Of a DNA stretch of 64,000 nt, positions 50,115 to 63,254 are shown piece by piece. Location of the stretch: the NCBI RefSeq assembly GCF_018977255.1, contig NW_024704743.1, positions 20,710,001 to 20,774,000 of the forward strand, written 5' to 3'. Source of the DNA: Callorhinchus milii (lineage: Eukaryota). Within the stretch, counting starts at the first letter, position 1. Each line of letters opens with the position of its first letter. The notes beneath the pieces were generated by a model, which was not told the origin of the DNA, did no database searches, and saw only the letters and a program-made list of their open reading frames with translations. The translations under genes were made by a program, and so were the position numbers.

Positions 50115-52690
50115 AAACAAACAACAACAACAACTTGGATTTATATAGCGCCCTCCATTCCGGACGGCATCTCAGAGCGCTTTACAGTAACGGATCCTGG
50201 GGCTAAGCCAAGGGGAGGGGGGGAGGAAGGTGACCAAAGGCATGGTCGAAAAGAAAGGTCTTCAGCAGAGACCTGAAAATGGGGAAGGAGCGAGACGAAG
50301 GGAGTGAGGAAGGCAGTTCCAGATCCTCGGGGCATAGAGGCTGAAGGAACCGCCGCCGAGGGTGGAGCGGAGGACTCGGGAGACGAGGAGGAGGCCAGAC
50401 CCGGAGGAATGGAGGCAACGGGTACTGTTTTGAGGAGAGAGGAGGTCAGAGAAGTAAGGGGGTGCAGAGGAGAGCAGGGACTTGAATACAAGGAGTGAGG
50501 ATCTTGACATCGATCCTCTCTGGAATAGGCAGCCAGTGCAGTCTGGCAAGGGCTGGGGTGATCGGGGAGTAGAGTTTCGTGTGGGTGAGAATGCGGGCGG
50601 CAAAGTTTTGAATGATCTGGATTTTATGGATGGTAGTGGATGGGAGACCAGTGAGGAGGGAGTTAGAGTAGTCCAGATGAGAGGTGACAAAGGCATGGAC
50701 CAGGGTTTCAGTGACTTTTGGGGAGAGGTATTGGCGGAGACGGGCGATGCGTCGGAGGCGGAAGAAAGTGGTGCTGGTGAGGGACCAGATGTGGGGGAGG
50801 AAGGTTAATTGGGGGTTGAACCTGACACCGAGGTTGCATACAGGTTCAGAGAGTTTTAGGGGGAAGCTGGTTAGGTGGAGGAGGTGAGAGCCATGAAATT
50901 TTAGACATTGACGAGAGCCAAAGAATATGCCTTCCGTCTTGTCAACGTTCAGCTGAAGGAAGTTTGCGCTCATCCAGCCCCTGAGGTCTGACAGGTAGGC
51001 TGACAGAACATCAGGGGACTGGGGATCGCAAAGAGAGGTGGAAAAATGAGTTAGGTGAAATAGGGCGGTAATGGCTGGGGTTTGAGGGATCTAGGGAGGG
51101 TTTTTTCAGGAGGGGGGTGATGACAGCAGTTTTGAAGGAGGCAGGGACTGATATCTGGAGGAGAGGTTAATGATGGTTGGTGGGTTTCATGGAGGTGATG
51201 GTGGGTGAGAGGAAGGAGAGATGGGGAGAAAGGAATGTAGAATGGGGGTGGTGGTAGGAGCAGATGATGAGGAAGGTGAGGGGGACAGAGAGGGGCAGGT
51301 GGATGATGCTGCCTGGTGGATGTTAAGTATTTTAGATGAAAAGAAGTCCATGACCTCCTCGCACTTGGCATTTGATACGAAAATTGAGGAGACCTGAGGG
51401 GGGGCACGGAGGAGGTAGTGGGTGGTGGAAAAAAGGATTTTAGGGTTGTGTTTAGCCTCCAAGATGATGTTGGAGTAGAAGACCGTTTTTGCCTGTGTCA
51501 AAGAACGATGGTAGCTATGGAGATGCTCAAGCCACAGTTGGCGGTGGACTGTCAGGCCAGTTTTCTACCATCTGCGCTCGAGCAGACGGGTTTGAGTTTT
51601 TTGGCGGCGGAGATGGTTGTTGTACCAGGGAGATGGTCCTGGATTTTAGGGGGACGAGGGAGTTGAAGGTGGAGGAGAGGCGACCATGGAGCAGCTGGAC
51701 GGCTGCTTCTGGATCTCCGCGGGTGGAAGGCTAGAGGGATAGGATGTTTGATGATGAGTGGGCCTTTGTGAGGGTCTCAGGGGGTAGCCTTTTCCAAGGA
51801 TGGTAGAGGATGGTTGAGGGCTGGTGGAGGAGAGAGGGATGTGAGAGGAAAAGGAGATGAAAAAGTGGTCTGAGATGGCCTTGTCCACTATGCTGAGATT
51901 GGAAATGTCAAGGTCATGGGTGATAATGAGGTCAAAGGCATGACCACAGTTGTGGGTCGGTGAATTTATATGAAGGGTGAGGTTTAGGGAGGAGAGGAGG
52001 GCAGTGAAGTCGGCAGAAGTGGTGCAAGGGGAGTTTAGGTGGAGGTTGAAATTGCCCATTAAGAGTAGGCGCTCGGAGCAGAGGGACAGAGAATAGAGGA
52101 GAGTAGAGATGTCTGTGTGGAAGGAGCCCGGGGGCTTAGGGGGGGGCGGTAGACAAGGAGGATTTTCAAAGGGAGAGAAGGGTGGAAGAGGGTGAGGTGC
52201 TCAAAGGAGGGGAAACAGCCAGAGGAGTAGGAGGTAAGACGAAGGGAGGCTTTGGAAATGAAGGCCACCCCGCTGCCACATTGGTTTGGACGGGGGTGTG
52301 GTGTAAGGTGTAGCCTGGAGGGGAGGCTTCCACTAGGGGGAGGTCATTCGGGGAGAGCCAGGTTTCGGTCAGCCCAAGAATGTCAAGGTGCTCGTCCAGG
52401 ATGAGGTTGTGGATAGTGAGGGCTTTATTTGAGAGGGAATGGACACTTTGGAGGGAAATGCGGGTGGGTTTGCTGGGGTTGGGGGAGGGGGAGGGAGGAG
52501 AGAGTGGTGCGGAGAGGATTTTGGGTTGTATAGGAGAGATGGTTGTGGAGAGTGGTGTGAGTGGAGAGTTGGGGAGGGTACGTATGAAGGAAGGCGGAGT
52601 TGGGTTTGCCTTAAGGAGGCGGTTTGAGTGGAGGGGTGATGGGACACGTGGGATTGCTGCTCGGGTCGGGGCGGCAGCCAAAATGCGCAC
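50115..52690 (-). mobile_element. Longest L2 copy: APE endonuclease region plus RT C-terminus, RT core deleted
   Basis: SLSNKAL...LDILGLTETWL, VYRPP, GNFNLHL, SDHF; PLLKK region (~51100) jumps to QLIF/WMSANFLQLN (~51050); frameshifts. Confidence 0.93.
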
Positions 52691-53054
52691 GCAGAGACCG
52701 GGAGCATAAAACAAAGCACCACTATAATAAGCTTGGATGAGTAAGTAAGTAATACCAGTTGTCAGTTTAATAAAATGAATAAACAGCAAGTTTAGACCCA
52801 ATGTCGGATATAGATTGGGGACAAGTGATAAATGGAGAATAAACCACAAACTGGTTGCTTAACTCACAAGTTGGACAGACACACAGTGTTTTGTTGATCA
52901 CAGCATGAGGGGTTTACTTTCTGTAAATTACTGGTCCTCAATGTGTACACTTTCATACAATACTGTACTTGCTCACAATTTAAAATATTTTTAAAACAAT
53001 TCCCTGATTTATTGCTGTTTTGTTACACATATACAATTTAGATGTGTCTTACAT

Positions 53055-53702
53055 GTGTGACCAGGACCGCATTCTTCCACCTCTGCCCCATTGCCCGCCT
53101 CCGACCGTACAGTACACCAAATACTGCCGAAACGCTCTTGCATGCGTTTGTCACCTCCTGCTTGGATTACTCCAATACACTCCTCGCCAGTCTCCCCAGC
53201 TGTATCATTCAAAAGATCCAGCTTATTCAGGACTCTGCCACCCAGATACTGACCCGGACCAAACTCCATGTTCACCAGTTCTGGCCAGACTCCACTGGCT
53301 CAAGGTCCTCACACTTGTAACTTCAAGAACCTCACACTTGTGTTCAAATCCATTCACTCCCTGGCACCTCCCAACCTCTTTGACTTCCTCTTCCCCAATC
53401 CACCACCCGGCGCCTCCACTCGACTGGCACCATCATCCTGCTCGTTCCCTGCACCCTCTGCCCCACCATTGGAGGTCATGCTTTCAGCCGCTATGCCCCA
53501 AAACTCTGGAACACTCTCCTTCAATCCCTCCGCCTTGCCCCCTCTCTCCCCTCTTTCAAGTCCCGACTGAAAAGTTTCTTCTTCGACCATGCTTACGGCC
53601 ACTTCCCCCCTCCCCCTGGCTCAGAGTCAGGCTCTGTCACGGTTAAGTGCACTGAGACACTACCCTGCGTGGAGGGCGCTATATGAGTGTAAGTTGTTGT
53701 TG
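53055..53702 (+). mobile_element. L2 3' fragment
   Basis: LLHAFVTSCLDYSN...; tail gagggcgctatatgagtgtaagttgttg. Confidence 0.9.
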
Positions 53703-54021
53703 TGTGCTAAACATTTGTGGCAATGTTTTGTTTGCGTGTTTAGCAGCCTTGTCATGTACATTATTGCTTGATGCTAATGGATGACAAAATGAAATTGCTG
53801 TAGTTGCAATGGTTGGTGAAGAAAAAAAACTCAGACCATCAGAACATTTAGAACTTACTTTAAATTGTTGGTTCATGTGCTGTATTACTACCATTGAAAG
53901 TGTAATTTACTGACCTAATCTATCGGGTGTGCTGCATTTTCTTTATATTCAGATTGTGAGAATAAGATAAAAGTTACGTAATAAGTTTGGAAGTAAGAAA
54001 TTATTATCATATTTTGTCCCC

Positions 54022-54297
54022 TTCAACAACAACAACAAATTGCATTTATATAGAGCCTTTCACGTCAGGAGGACGTCCCAAGGCGCTGGACAGTCAAGGG
54101 TTTGCACCCGAGCTGGGGGTTGGAATCAAGAGGGGTGGAAGGCAAAGGGGATGGGTGTGGGAGGATCACCGAAGGCCTGGTCAAAGAGGAATATCTTGAG
54201 ACGGGCCTTGGAGGAGACAAGGGAGGGGCGAAGTGAAGGGATACCGGGATGGAGTTCCCAAAGGTGAGGCCAGAGAGGCTGAAGGCCCGACTGCCCA
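54022..54297 (-). mobile_element. L2 3' end
   Basis: rc tail cagcgccttgggacgtcctcctgacgtgaaaggctctatataaatgcaatttgttgttg. Confidence 0.88.
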
Positions 54298-55939
54298 TTT
54301 CAATCATTGTTTTACTTCGATTCCTGGTAGATGGTTCATTTACTTCTGCCTTCCATTCATTTACTTTTCCTGTGCCATTTGCAATAGGCCGATCAAGAGA
54401 ATATTTAAGACACTCATTTTAAGGGGTCTGCTAATGGATTGTGTAATCATTTTCTAAAAGCAAGTGGCCTGAAAGATTGTATCCACCAGTTTACCCTTCC
54501 CACCGACTAAAAATAATTATATTATTGAAACTGGGTCTGAGCAAAGTGGAACACTTGATACACTTCCCCTCCTTCCCCCCACCCCTCACCGAACACACAA
54601 ACATTTGTGTTCCCTTGGATGTTAGACTGAGTATTTTCGGAGCAGCTCACACATGGGGAAGTATTCATCTAACTGCTCAATGCATATACTAAATGGTATC
54701 TCGAGTTACACTTGGCCTGAGCTGCATCAAGCTGTTTATGTCTCTGGCAATCTGTACCAAGCTCAGGACAACAGGTAAGAGTTTTTATTCTGATGTACAA
54801 TTAGAATAAACATCTCTACAGAATTAATTCTGAGTGCTGTTGTAACTCCCAACAATCTCTGACAGCGATGAGTTTGAAGGGTACGGCTTGTTCCTTAGAT
54901 ATGCGCAAGAGTCTTCTTCGGTACTCAAGAAAGTGAGATACATTTTGCATTTGGCTGTTGTAGATTGTTCTGCTTTTTGACTCTGCCACTTCAGTTTTAG
55001 ATTAAACTAAAGAAAAAAAGCTTAAGGTCAGCCTTAAAGTAAATAAATCCCAGTGATGAACAGTACAAGGAAACTACATTTTAAACCAATATATATACGT
55101 TGTGATTTATGATCAATCTCCTTACTTTATCCACATTATTTCTGTCCTTATAGTTTCCTAGTTATTCATTTTACAATTTATAATCGTTGCCATCCCTTAA
55201 ACACAAGCCTTCATCGAATCTTTTGCTAACTTTTGCTCAGTGAATTTGAATTTTGTAAACGAGAAGGATGTAAAATATTTTTGCTTTATTTAATGCGTGA
55301 ATTAAAGCACATTCCTTTTGATTTTTTTTTAAAACTCCACAGCCAGATATATTTTGTTGCTGAACTAAATAATAATCCCTTCAAAAAATATTAAAAATAA
55401 ATGAATAATAATAATTTGTTCACCCAATCCATGACTGTTTGTGGGACACTGCTGTGCGCAATTGGCTACCACGTTTCACCTACAAAATATACAGTTAATT
55501 CACTTTACAGTATAATCTGTGAAGAGCTTTGAGCGGTCTCGAAGACGTGATAAGGCAGTACATTGAATGCAAGGATTATTATTATTATGCCTGCTTGGGG
55601 GAATTGCTGTGTGCAAATTGGCTGCTGTGTTCGCCTACAAAATACATAGTCATTATATTTTGTAATAAAATCCTCTGAGACATTTTGACAACATCAAATG
55701 CAAGGATTTTTAAAATTACGCTTAAGCTTAGCTTTTCACAAATGTAAATTTAATTACTGTGTTGCAAAGTGCCCATGTGTTCCTGAACAGTTAGCATTTT
55801 GACCTCCTGTCACAGGCTGGTAAATTATATGAAGCTCTTTACTTTAATGAGATCCTCTCATTCACCTTCATTTCTAACAGGATTCCTTAAAAGACAGACA
55901 AGGGCTTAAAACTCTATCTCGTCTGTTTAATTGTTATGT

Positions 55940-56080
55940 AATTTAAGATTGCACAGAATTGTGGAAAATACTTGAATTCACTCTTAATTTGGAAGCTGAC
56001 TGTTTAGAAACTGTAGAAAATCAACTTCCAAATTAAGACTAAATTTAAGAATTGTCCACACTTCTGAGCTATCTTAAATT
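55940..56080. mobile_element. Palindromic MITE-like dispersed repeat (relative at ~21165-21245, mirror ~1950-2030)
   Basis: Imperfect ~60-bp arms; shared core aattaagactaaatttaaga. Confidence 0.6.
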
Positions 56081-59005
56081 TTAAACAACAAGCTCACTAC
56101 AGACTAAGACTAGGGGGGAATTATAAACCTCAGGTGAGGCTTCCTCTGTAACCAGAAGTGGATCACTGTGGGAACGGTTCTCTGAAATGTTTTACTTTCG
56201 GAGCAGTTGACGTGAAGCATTTAGTTTCCTTAACAACAAATCCCGTTAGAAATCACTGCTTGTTCTGCATTGTTTTGGAGCATTCTGCATTGTTTCAGCG
56301 CCTTGGGATATCCTCCCGATGTGAAAAGCGCTACACAAATGTAATCTTGTTGTTGTTGTTGTTGTTGTTTCCAATTCAAATCAAGGACCACCTGAGCTTC
56401 TTTGCTTTATTTTGGGAAGTTGCTGTCTGAGTGGCTCCAAGTAATAATAGTCCATGTTTTTAGACTAATCATAAACTTTACTTCCACTCAAGATTGCTGC
56501 TTCCTGATGGGGTGCCATCATCAGCATATTCTTGTAACTTGCTAATGGTGGAACCCTGAGCTCAAAGCTAGCAGGAAAAGAAAAACATTGTTTTTTTGTT
56601 CTTTACAGTATTTTTAACTAGAACAGTCCAATGAGCTAAAGGTTCATTTGCCTGCATTGTTTTGGCCTTATTTTATTAAAATAAAATGCTAAATTCCAAA
56701 TGCCAGCTGGCTGGTTTAAATTGCAAGCCTAGAATCCATCCCAGTTCACATTAGACTGTGTGAAATCTCCCATTAGCACTAGCTTCCCCATGTCACTCAT
56801 TCTGTGCTTCTCACTTTAGTCTATTGGTTTGCAGCAAACTCCATACATTGGCTTGGTCATAGACATTACGCACTTCACACACCTTTCCTGAGTCGCCACC
56901 AGGTATCCTTGCATTAATTCCGGATTGTCTAGCGCCTCCCGATGTGAAAGGGGCTATACAAATGTAATTTTATATTTTTGTATTTTATAATGTATAAGCC
57001 AACCCATCACCTTTCCTGTCCCTCCTATCTTTCCTAAATGCCCAAATTCTTGTAACTTATGTTCACTTCCATTGCACTGATTTAGTTATATTTCTTGTGA
57101 GTCCTATATAATTGCCAGTTGCTATCAGTGCCATTATTTGTTTTGAATACAAAAAAAAGTCTGCCTTTATTCACATACAGTATACCTAATTATTGCCTAA
57201 TTATGTGTTTTCCTGAACGTTCTGCACTCAGCTTCCTTCTAGCGAATTCCATAAATTCGACAGATTCCAGTGTTAATGTCCATTCAATGCTTCCTTTGTG
57301 TGACAATTTCTGGGCAACCTTTTGTGTTTGATATCAATTGAAGACAAAGTTATAGAGAACAAAAGCTTTGCAAGTTTCAAATAGCAACACTATTTATTTT
57401 TGGAACTGAGCGCAATGATAAAATGTATGTATGTGCACCATCTAAAATAATGTGTATTCCTAGCCAATTTAGCCAGATTTTTCTGACTGATGACAATAGC
57501 CACTACATCCATTGATTAACTATTACACATACTCCAATCGCTATGTGATCAAAGTTTTTGGCAATGCCTTTACAATTTGTACATATTCCATTCTAACCTA
57601 TTGCTAATTATTCATTACTTTATCCACTTCTTACCATTGTAGTTACACTTCACAAGATCACAAAATTGGTTTGAATGAAGAAAGCCTTTTGGTCCACCCA
57701 ATCTCATTGTCTCCTCCCATCACAACAACAAGCTGCTTTTTAAACGATTCCAGTGTTCTGGTCTCTCCATCTTTCCTGGCAACGTTTTCCAATCATTGAT
57801 AACCTTCTGCGTAAAGAAAATCTTCCTTCTATCTGCCCTGAAATTTTCCTTTGCAATTCTAAACCTATGTCCTCTTGTTTACTGTCATGTTGCATCCTAA
57901 AGTAGCATCATCTTTCCGCAGCACCGGGAGTAGTAAAGTAGGTACAGCAGATTTGGTATCAATGGCTGTAGCTGTATCACTAACAACATCTAAAGAGAAT
58001 TATAGGTTTTCCATCCTCAATGTGTGTTGAGTTATTTGAAATCAGTTTGGACAGCCATAAGGAGCTTCATTGACGACAGGGCTCTTTGCCTGGGTGACGG
58101 AAATCAGTTCCCAATTCTGTTCACAAGCCCATTACCTCTGTGCCCAAGTGAGACATATGGGCAAAATTGTGTGGTGGGGACAGAACTACTCTTCAGGTCA
58201 CATAACCCATCAACATTCAATGTCTTGGCTCATAAATGATGAATGGCTGCTTGGTCAAGACACCAAAGGGTCATACCCATTAAACATTATTTCTAAATGA
58301 TTTATTGCCTTCAGGGAGACGGAGACATAACACTGAATCCTAATAAAGCATTGGTCTCAATGATATGGGAAATAGAAACAGTTTTACTCTGATAATTATA
58401 AAGTTTACTCTTCTGAGGTAGGATTTATGGCAAGTCATTGAGGCAACCATTCAGCTTTGCACTACATCTATCCAAGTAATATAACTGACCCTGGAGCGAG
58501 TGATGTTGATACTGGATGTTAAAAGAGATATTTGTTTCCACATCCTTCATTTTGATGATCACAAAAATCAACTAATAATATAAACTTCAGGTGAATGAAA
58601 ATGCAAGAGAGGTTGCGCATTCCAAATACAGTATTCTATTTCAATATTTTTGTGTACGTGGCTGTGGCCTGACTTGATTTCCTCAGTGCTGCACGATACT
58701 TTAACCAATAGATAGGTTAATGAACTGCAGCTGTCACTTTACTGCACTGATCTCTGAAGATCAACGATGGAGCATGTGCTTCTTCAAAAGAATTTTATTA
58801 CTTTTTTTAAAAAAACCTGATCATTAAGATAGGGGAAATGTAGGTAAAATGCAAGTAAATGTATGCTTTATTTGAAAATACTAAGCAGTCCTCCTTGAAA
58901 TTTTCTGTCACTAGTTATCCACTGTCGACAGTTTAAATGTTTGCTTTTGGATTCAACTTGTGGCTGCTTAAGCTAATGTTTTACTAATGTTTTGCTCTCT
59001 GGTAG

Positions 59006-59082
59006 CCTTTCAGTGGAATCTATCTGAACAATTCTGAGCCAGGCATGTATCATTGTGTGTGCTGCAATGCTGCACTCTTCAG
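59006..59082 (+). CDS. MSRB2: MSRB2 exon 3, [26 protein letters not shown]
   Basis: ggtag| ... |gtaaga; 77 nt; first Zn-binding CxxC. Confidence 0.96.
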
Positions 59083-60824
59083 GTAAGATGTATAAGATGG
59101 ATCAACAGGCATCGTCGTATATAGAAACCTTCCAAGTCTTCTGGGAATGGCATAACTCCTGATTTTTTTGGGTAGAACATCTGACTGCCATGATCTGTTC
59201 AATGGCATGGCAATGTCTTGAGTACAATCAATAAGAGTGTCTGTCAGACCCCTTCCCTGATAAAGCAGGAGTCATGTTTGTATTTGGGGATGGCTTAGAG
59301 TATATAATATAGCTCTTAACTCTTGTTATTCAACCAAATCTTCATCTTTCTGAATGTCAACATTGAGTATTCACTGTGTGATTTTTCAAAGAACTAAAAT
59401 GGAAATCAATCTGCTATATCTGTTGCAGCATAAATGGTCAATTGTAAACACTGTGCAAGGTAATAAGAAATTAATGCAAATGCGTGTGACATAGACTAAT
59501 GTAAAACTTGACCCTGTACCACCATGTGCACCAGATTATCTCTCAAATCCTCCAAATATGAGTGAGACCCAATGACTATTTATTTATGAAAAAGGGATTT
59601 TCTCATTAGGATCCAATTGCAATCCAAATTCATTCAGCAAAACGTGTCTTACTGTGCTTACAAAGTGTAACACTAACTTGCAATTTAAGGGTTTTGAGTA
59701 CATTTTAATCAAACTAACCAAATGCTTGTGAACATTGGCAAACCAGCCTTTTTATAAGGTGTTCAGTATTCCATTAAAAGTTGTCTTGTTTGTTATCTCT
59801 GTTTTCATTGTTTATCTCTGTTTTCACTGTTTGCTTGTACGCTAGCAGTTTAGCTTCAGACATATAATGAAATTTAAGGTAGATTATTATAACATATTAC
59901 TCTTTCACTGTAACAATACTGTATACTTTTCAACTAAATTATCTCTCTTGAACATCAGTAGACACCATATTTCCTGTCTGTACTATCTTGTTCACCAAAT
60001 GTTACAGAGTGTGGTATTTTAGGAATGTAACAAATTTATCAGCTCCATTAACCATGGAGTTCAGTGAAGTTGCAAAATGATTGTCAATACTATATTAACA
60101 ATTTTCTACAAATTTGACCTCATCAGATTATTTACATGATATTATAAAACATTAGTATTTCTGTTGCTTGATGCTGAATGTATGCTAGGTTTTACTCATA
60201 AGGTGCCTCTAATGGCATTGCTTTAAAGACTAGGGCATACTGCCCTTTGAGTAGTATGTCTCAGAGTACTTCACAGTGGCGGTTGGATGTTGAGTAAGCA
60301 GATTGGATGTTGAACAAAGGAGAAAGGAAGGTGACCATTGGTGCAGTTAAAGAGGTACAACGATTTACAAAGATTACAAAGAATGTTCAGCAAAGAAACA
60401 GGCCACTCGACCTACCTAGTCGATGCCAGGGTTGATACAACACATGAGTCTTCATCCATTCCTTACTTTCTCCTTTATCGTTCTATTCCCCTCTCCTTCT
60501 TGTGAAGGTCTAGTTTCCTCTTGAATGCATCTATATTATCTGATTAAATCATCGCTTCAGCCATTGAGTTTCAGGAAGATTTTAAGGTGGAATTTAAAGA
60601 TAAAGAGGCGAATGGATAGAGGCAGAGATTCAGGGGGTAATGACTCAAGGGTTTGCCACTTATAATAAGTGGCAGGGGGTGGGCGAAAGAAAGACAGCAA
60701 TGCCTAATGATGAAAGCTATTCTAATGCATTGTATCTCACAGAGAACTGCAAAATAAATTTGTTTAATTGCTGCATATATGACTACAGACTAACCTCCAT
60801 TTTATTTTATTTTGTTAACAAAAG

Positions 60825-60972
60825 CTCAGAAACAAAGTATGATTCTGGGTCCGGATGGCCAACTTTCTCGCAAGTTGAAGGTGCAGAGGGCAATGATGAA
60901 AGCAATTCTAATACATTGCGACGCACAGACAATTCCATGGGGTCCACTGGAACAGAAGTCATCTGCAAAAAG
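60825..60972 (+). CDS. MSRB2: MSRB2 exon 4, SETKYDSGSGWPTF...LRRTDNSMGSTGTEVICKK (last exon outside window)
   Basis: aaaag| ... |gtaggc; 148 nt; GWP motif; first Cys of the second CxxC. Confidence 0.95.
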
Positions 60973-61158
60973 GTAGGCAAAGAAACAGGCAGGAATCCAT
61001 TTGAGTGAGAAAATAAAATGGAGGAAATTAAAATAAACTGAAACCAATTTGGAAAAAATATTGAAAGAGAAAAATGAATCAAGGCTCCTTTCACTTCTTC
61101 AGCATAATTATAAAATATATAACATTTATATTAAATTAATATAAAATATTTCTGGGAA

Positions 61159-63250
61159 TATGGCAGGGCAACTGAGACTGGTTGCATGCATAATGTGTGC
61201 CATGTGGGAACTCCAGGTTGCTTTGTGTGCCCTGGACAAACACATGTGTAGGAAGTGCCTCCAGCTGCTCGAGCTTGAGCTGAGGGTTTCTGAGCTCAAG
61301 GAGAGACTGGTGTCACTACATAGCATATGGGAGGCTGAAGAGTTCATGGATCGAACGTTTCAGGTGGTGGTCACCCCACAGCTACAGAGAGTTCAGAAGG
61401 AGTGTGAGTGGGTGACCACCCGGCATGGTAGGAAGAGGGGATGGGCAGTGCAGAAATCCCCTGAGAGTGTGGCACTCACAAACCAGTTCTCTGTCCTGAA
61501 TACCGGTCAGGGTGATGACACCTCTGGGGAGGGGAGTCAAAAGCAAATAGATGTACAGGGGGGGACAGGGAAGAATGTCAATGCAATTGGAGTAGTCCAG
61601 AAAAAGGTGGGATTAGATGGGGGAGAAATGCAGAGCAGACTCAGTCGGCCTTGGAGTCCATGTGCGTAATTGCACAGAATGTGACAAATAAAATTGGTGA
61701 GCTGCAGGCTCAGGTTGCCACATGGGGTTATGATGTAGTGACAATAGCGAAGACCTGGTTCAAACAAGGGCAGGAATTGGAGCTGAATATTGCTAGCTAC
61801 AATGGATTCAGGACGGATAGGGAAGGAAAGAAGGAGGGATAGTGGTGGCAATATTGATTAAAGACACAGTTATGGCCCTGGAAACAACAACAAAATTTCA
61901 TTTTTATAGCGCCTTTCACACCGGGAAGACGTCCCAAGGCTCTGGACAGAGCTTCGGACCCGAGCTGGGGGTCAGGTCGGGGAGGGTGGAGGGCAGAGGG
62001 GAAGCAGGGCGATCAAAAGCATGGTCGAAGAGGAGGGTCTTGAGATGGGTCTTGAAGGAGGCAAGGGATGGAGGGTCTGCGGGATGGAGTTACAGAGTTA
62101 CAGAAGGTCAATAGTGGGGCAAGCGAGGCGGGGGACATGAAGCAGGCTGCTGAGTGGATGGAGAGAGCAGGATGGTAGGGGTTTAGGAGGTCGCAGAGGT
62201 ATGGGGGAGCAAACCATGCAGGGCTTTGAAGGTGAGGACCAGGATCTTGAACTGTATCCTCTGTGTAATGGGAAACCAGTGGAATCAGGCGGGGAGATAG
62301 GGTCACGGAGCCTGGTGCAGGAGAGGACACAGGCTGCAGAGTTCTGAATGATCTGCAGCCAATAGAGGGAGGAGTTGGGGAGGCCGACAAGCAGGGAGTT
62401 TGCATAGTCAAGCCTTGTTGTAATGAAAGCGTGTTTTAGGGTTTTGGCAACCTGCGGTGTGAGACAGTGGCGGAGCGAGCAATGTTGCGGAGGTGGGGGA
62501 AGGCAGAGCGGGTCATGGCACAGATGTGGGGCAGAAAGGATAGTTGAAGTTCAAACAAGACTCCAAGGTTCCGGATTGGCTTAGTAAGGTGGAGTGTGCA
62601 AACATGGACGGTAATGCTGTCAGTACCTGAGGTGTGGAGGCGCTGATGGGAGTCAATCAGGAAGGCCTCAGTCTTGTTGATGTTCAACTGAAGAAAGTTA
62701 CCTCTCATCCAGGATTTGATGTCTGATAGATGTTCTGTCAGGACAGCAGTGGTCCTGGAGTCAAGGGTGGAGGCAGAGAGGTACAGTTGTGTGTCATCCG
62801 CATACATGTGCAAGTTGATCTTATGTCTGCGGATGATGTCACCAAGAGGGAGCCTGTAGATATTGAAGGGGAGGGGACCAAGGACAGAGCCCTGAGGAAC
62901 GCCTCTTGAGATGGTGCAGGGGTTAGAGGAGAAACTGCTTGTGGGCATGAAGTGGGGGTGGTATAAGAGGTACACTTTGAACCAGTCAAGGACAGAGCCG
63001 TGAAAGGAAGGATGTCAAGGCATTGGAGAAAGTGCAAAGGAGATTTACCAGGATGGTACCAGGAATGAGGGACTTCAGTTATCAGGAGAGGCTAGAGAAG
63101 CTAGGATTATTCTCCTTGGAGCAGAGAAGGTTAAGAGGAGACTTAATAAAAGTCTTCAAAATTATGAGGGGATTCGTTAGGCTGAAAAAGGAGAAACTAT
63201 TCCACTGGTGGGTGGGTTGGTAATCCGAGGATACCGATTTAATATAGTTG
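61159..63250 (+). mobile_element. CR1 LINE relic: ORF1 Cys/leucine-zipper N-terminus, start of ORF2 APE and ORF2 C-terminus; interrupted by L2 (-, ~61882-63015)
   Basis: VACIMCAMWE...CRKCLQLLELELRVSEL; NKIGEL...YDVVTIAKTWF...FRTDR; LEKVQRRFTRMVPG...RRLRGDLIKVFK; nested L2 has GVPQGSVLGP and YADD. Confidence 0.88.
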
Positions 63251-63254
63251 TTAA

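Noticed and set aside
50115..52849. Active autonomous LINE or domesticated RT/endonuclease gene
   Set aside because: Multiple frameshifts and deletion of the RT catalytic core.
59770..59835. Short tandem duplications (also ~33670-33700, ~53308-53345)
   Set aside because: Ordinary slippage-type duplications with no evident consequence.
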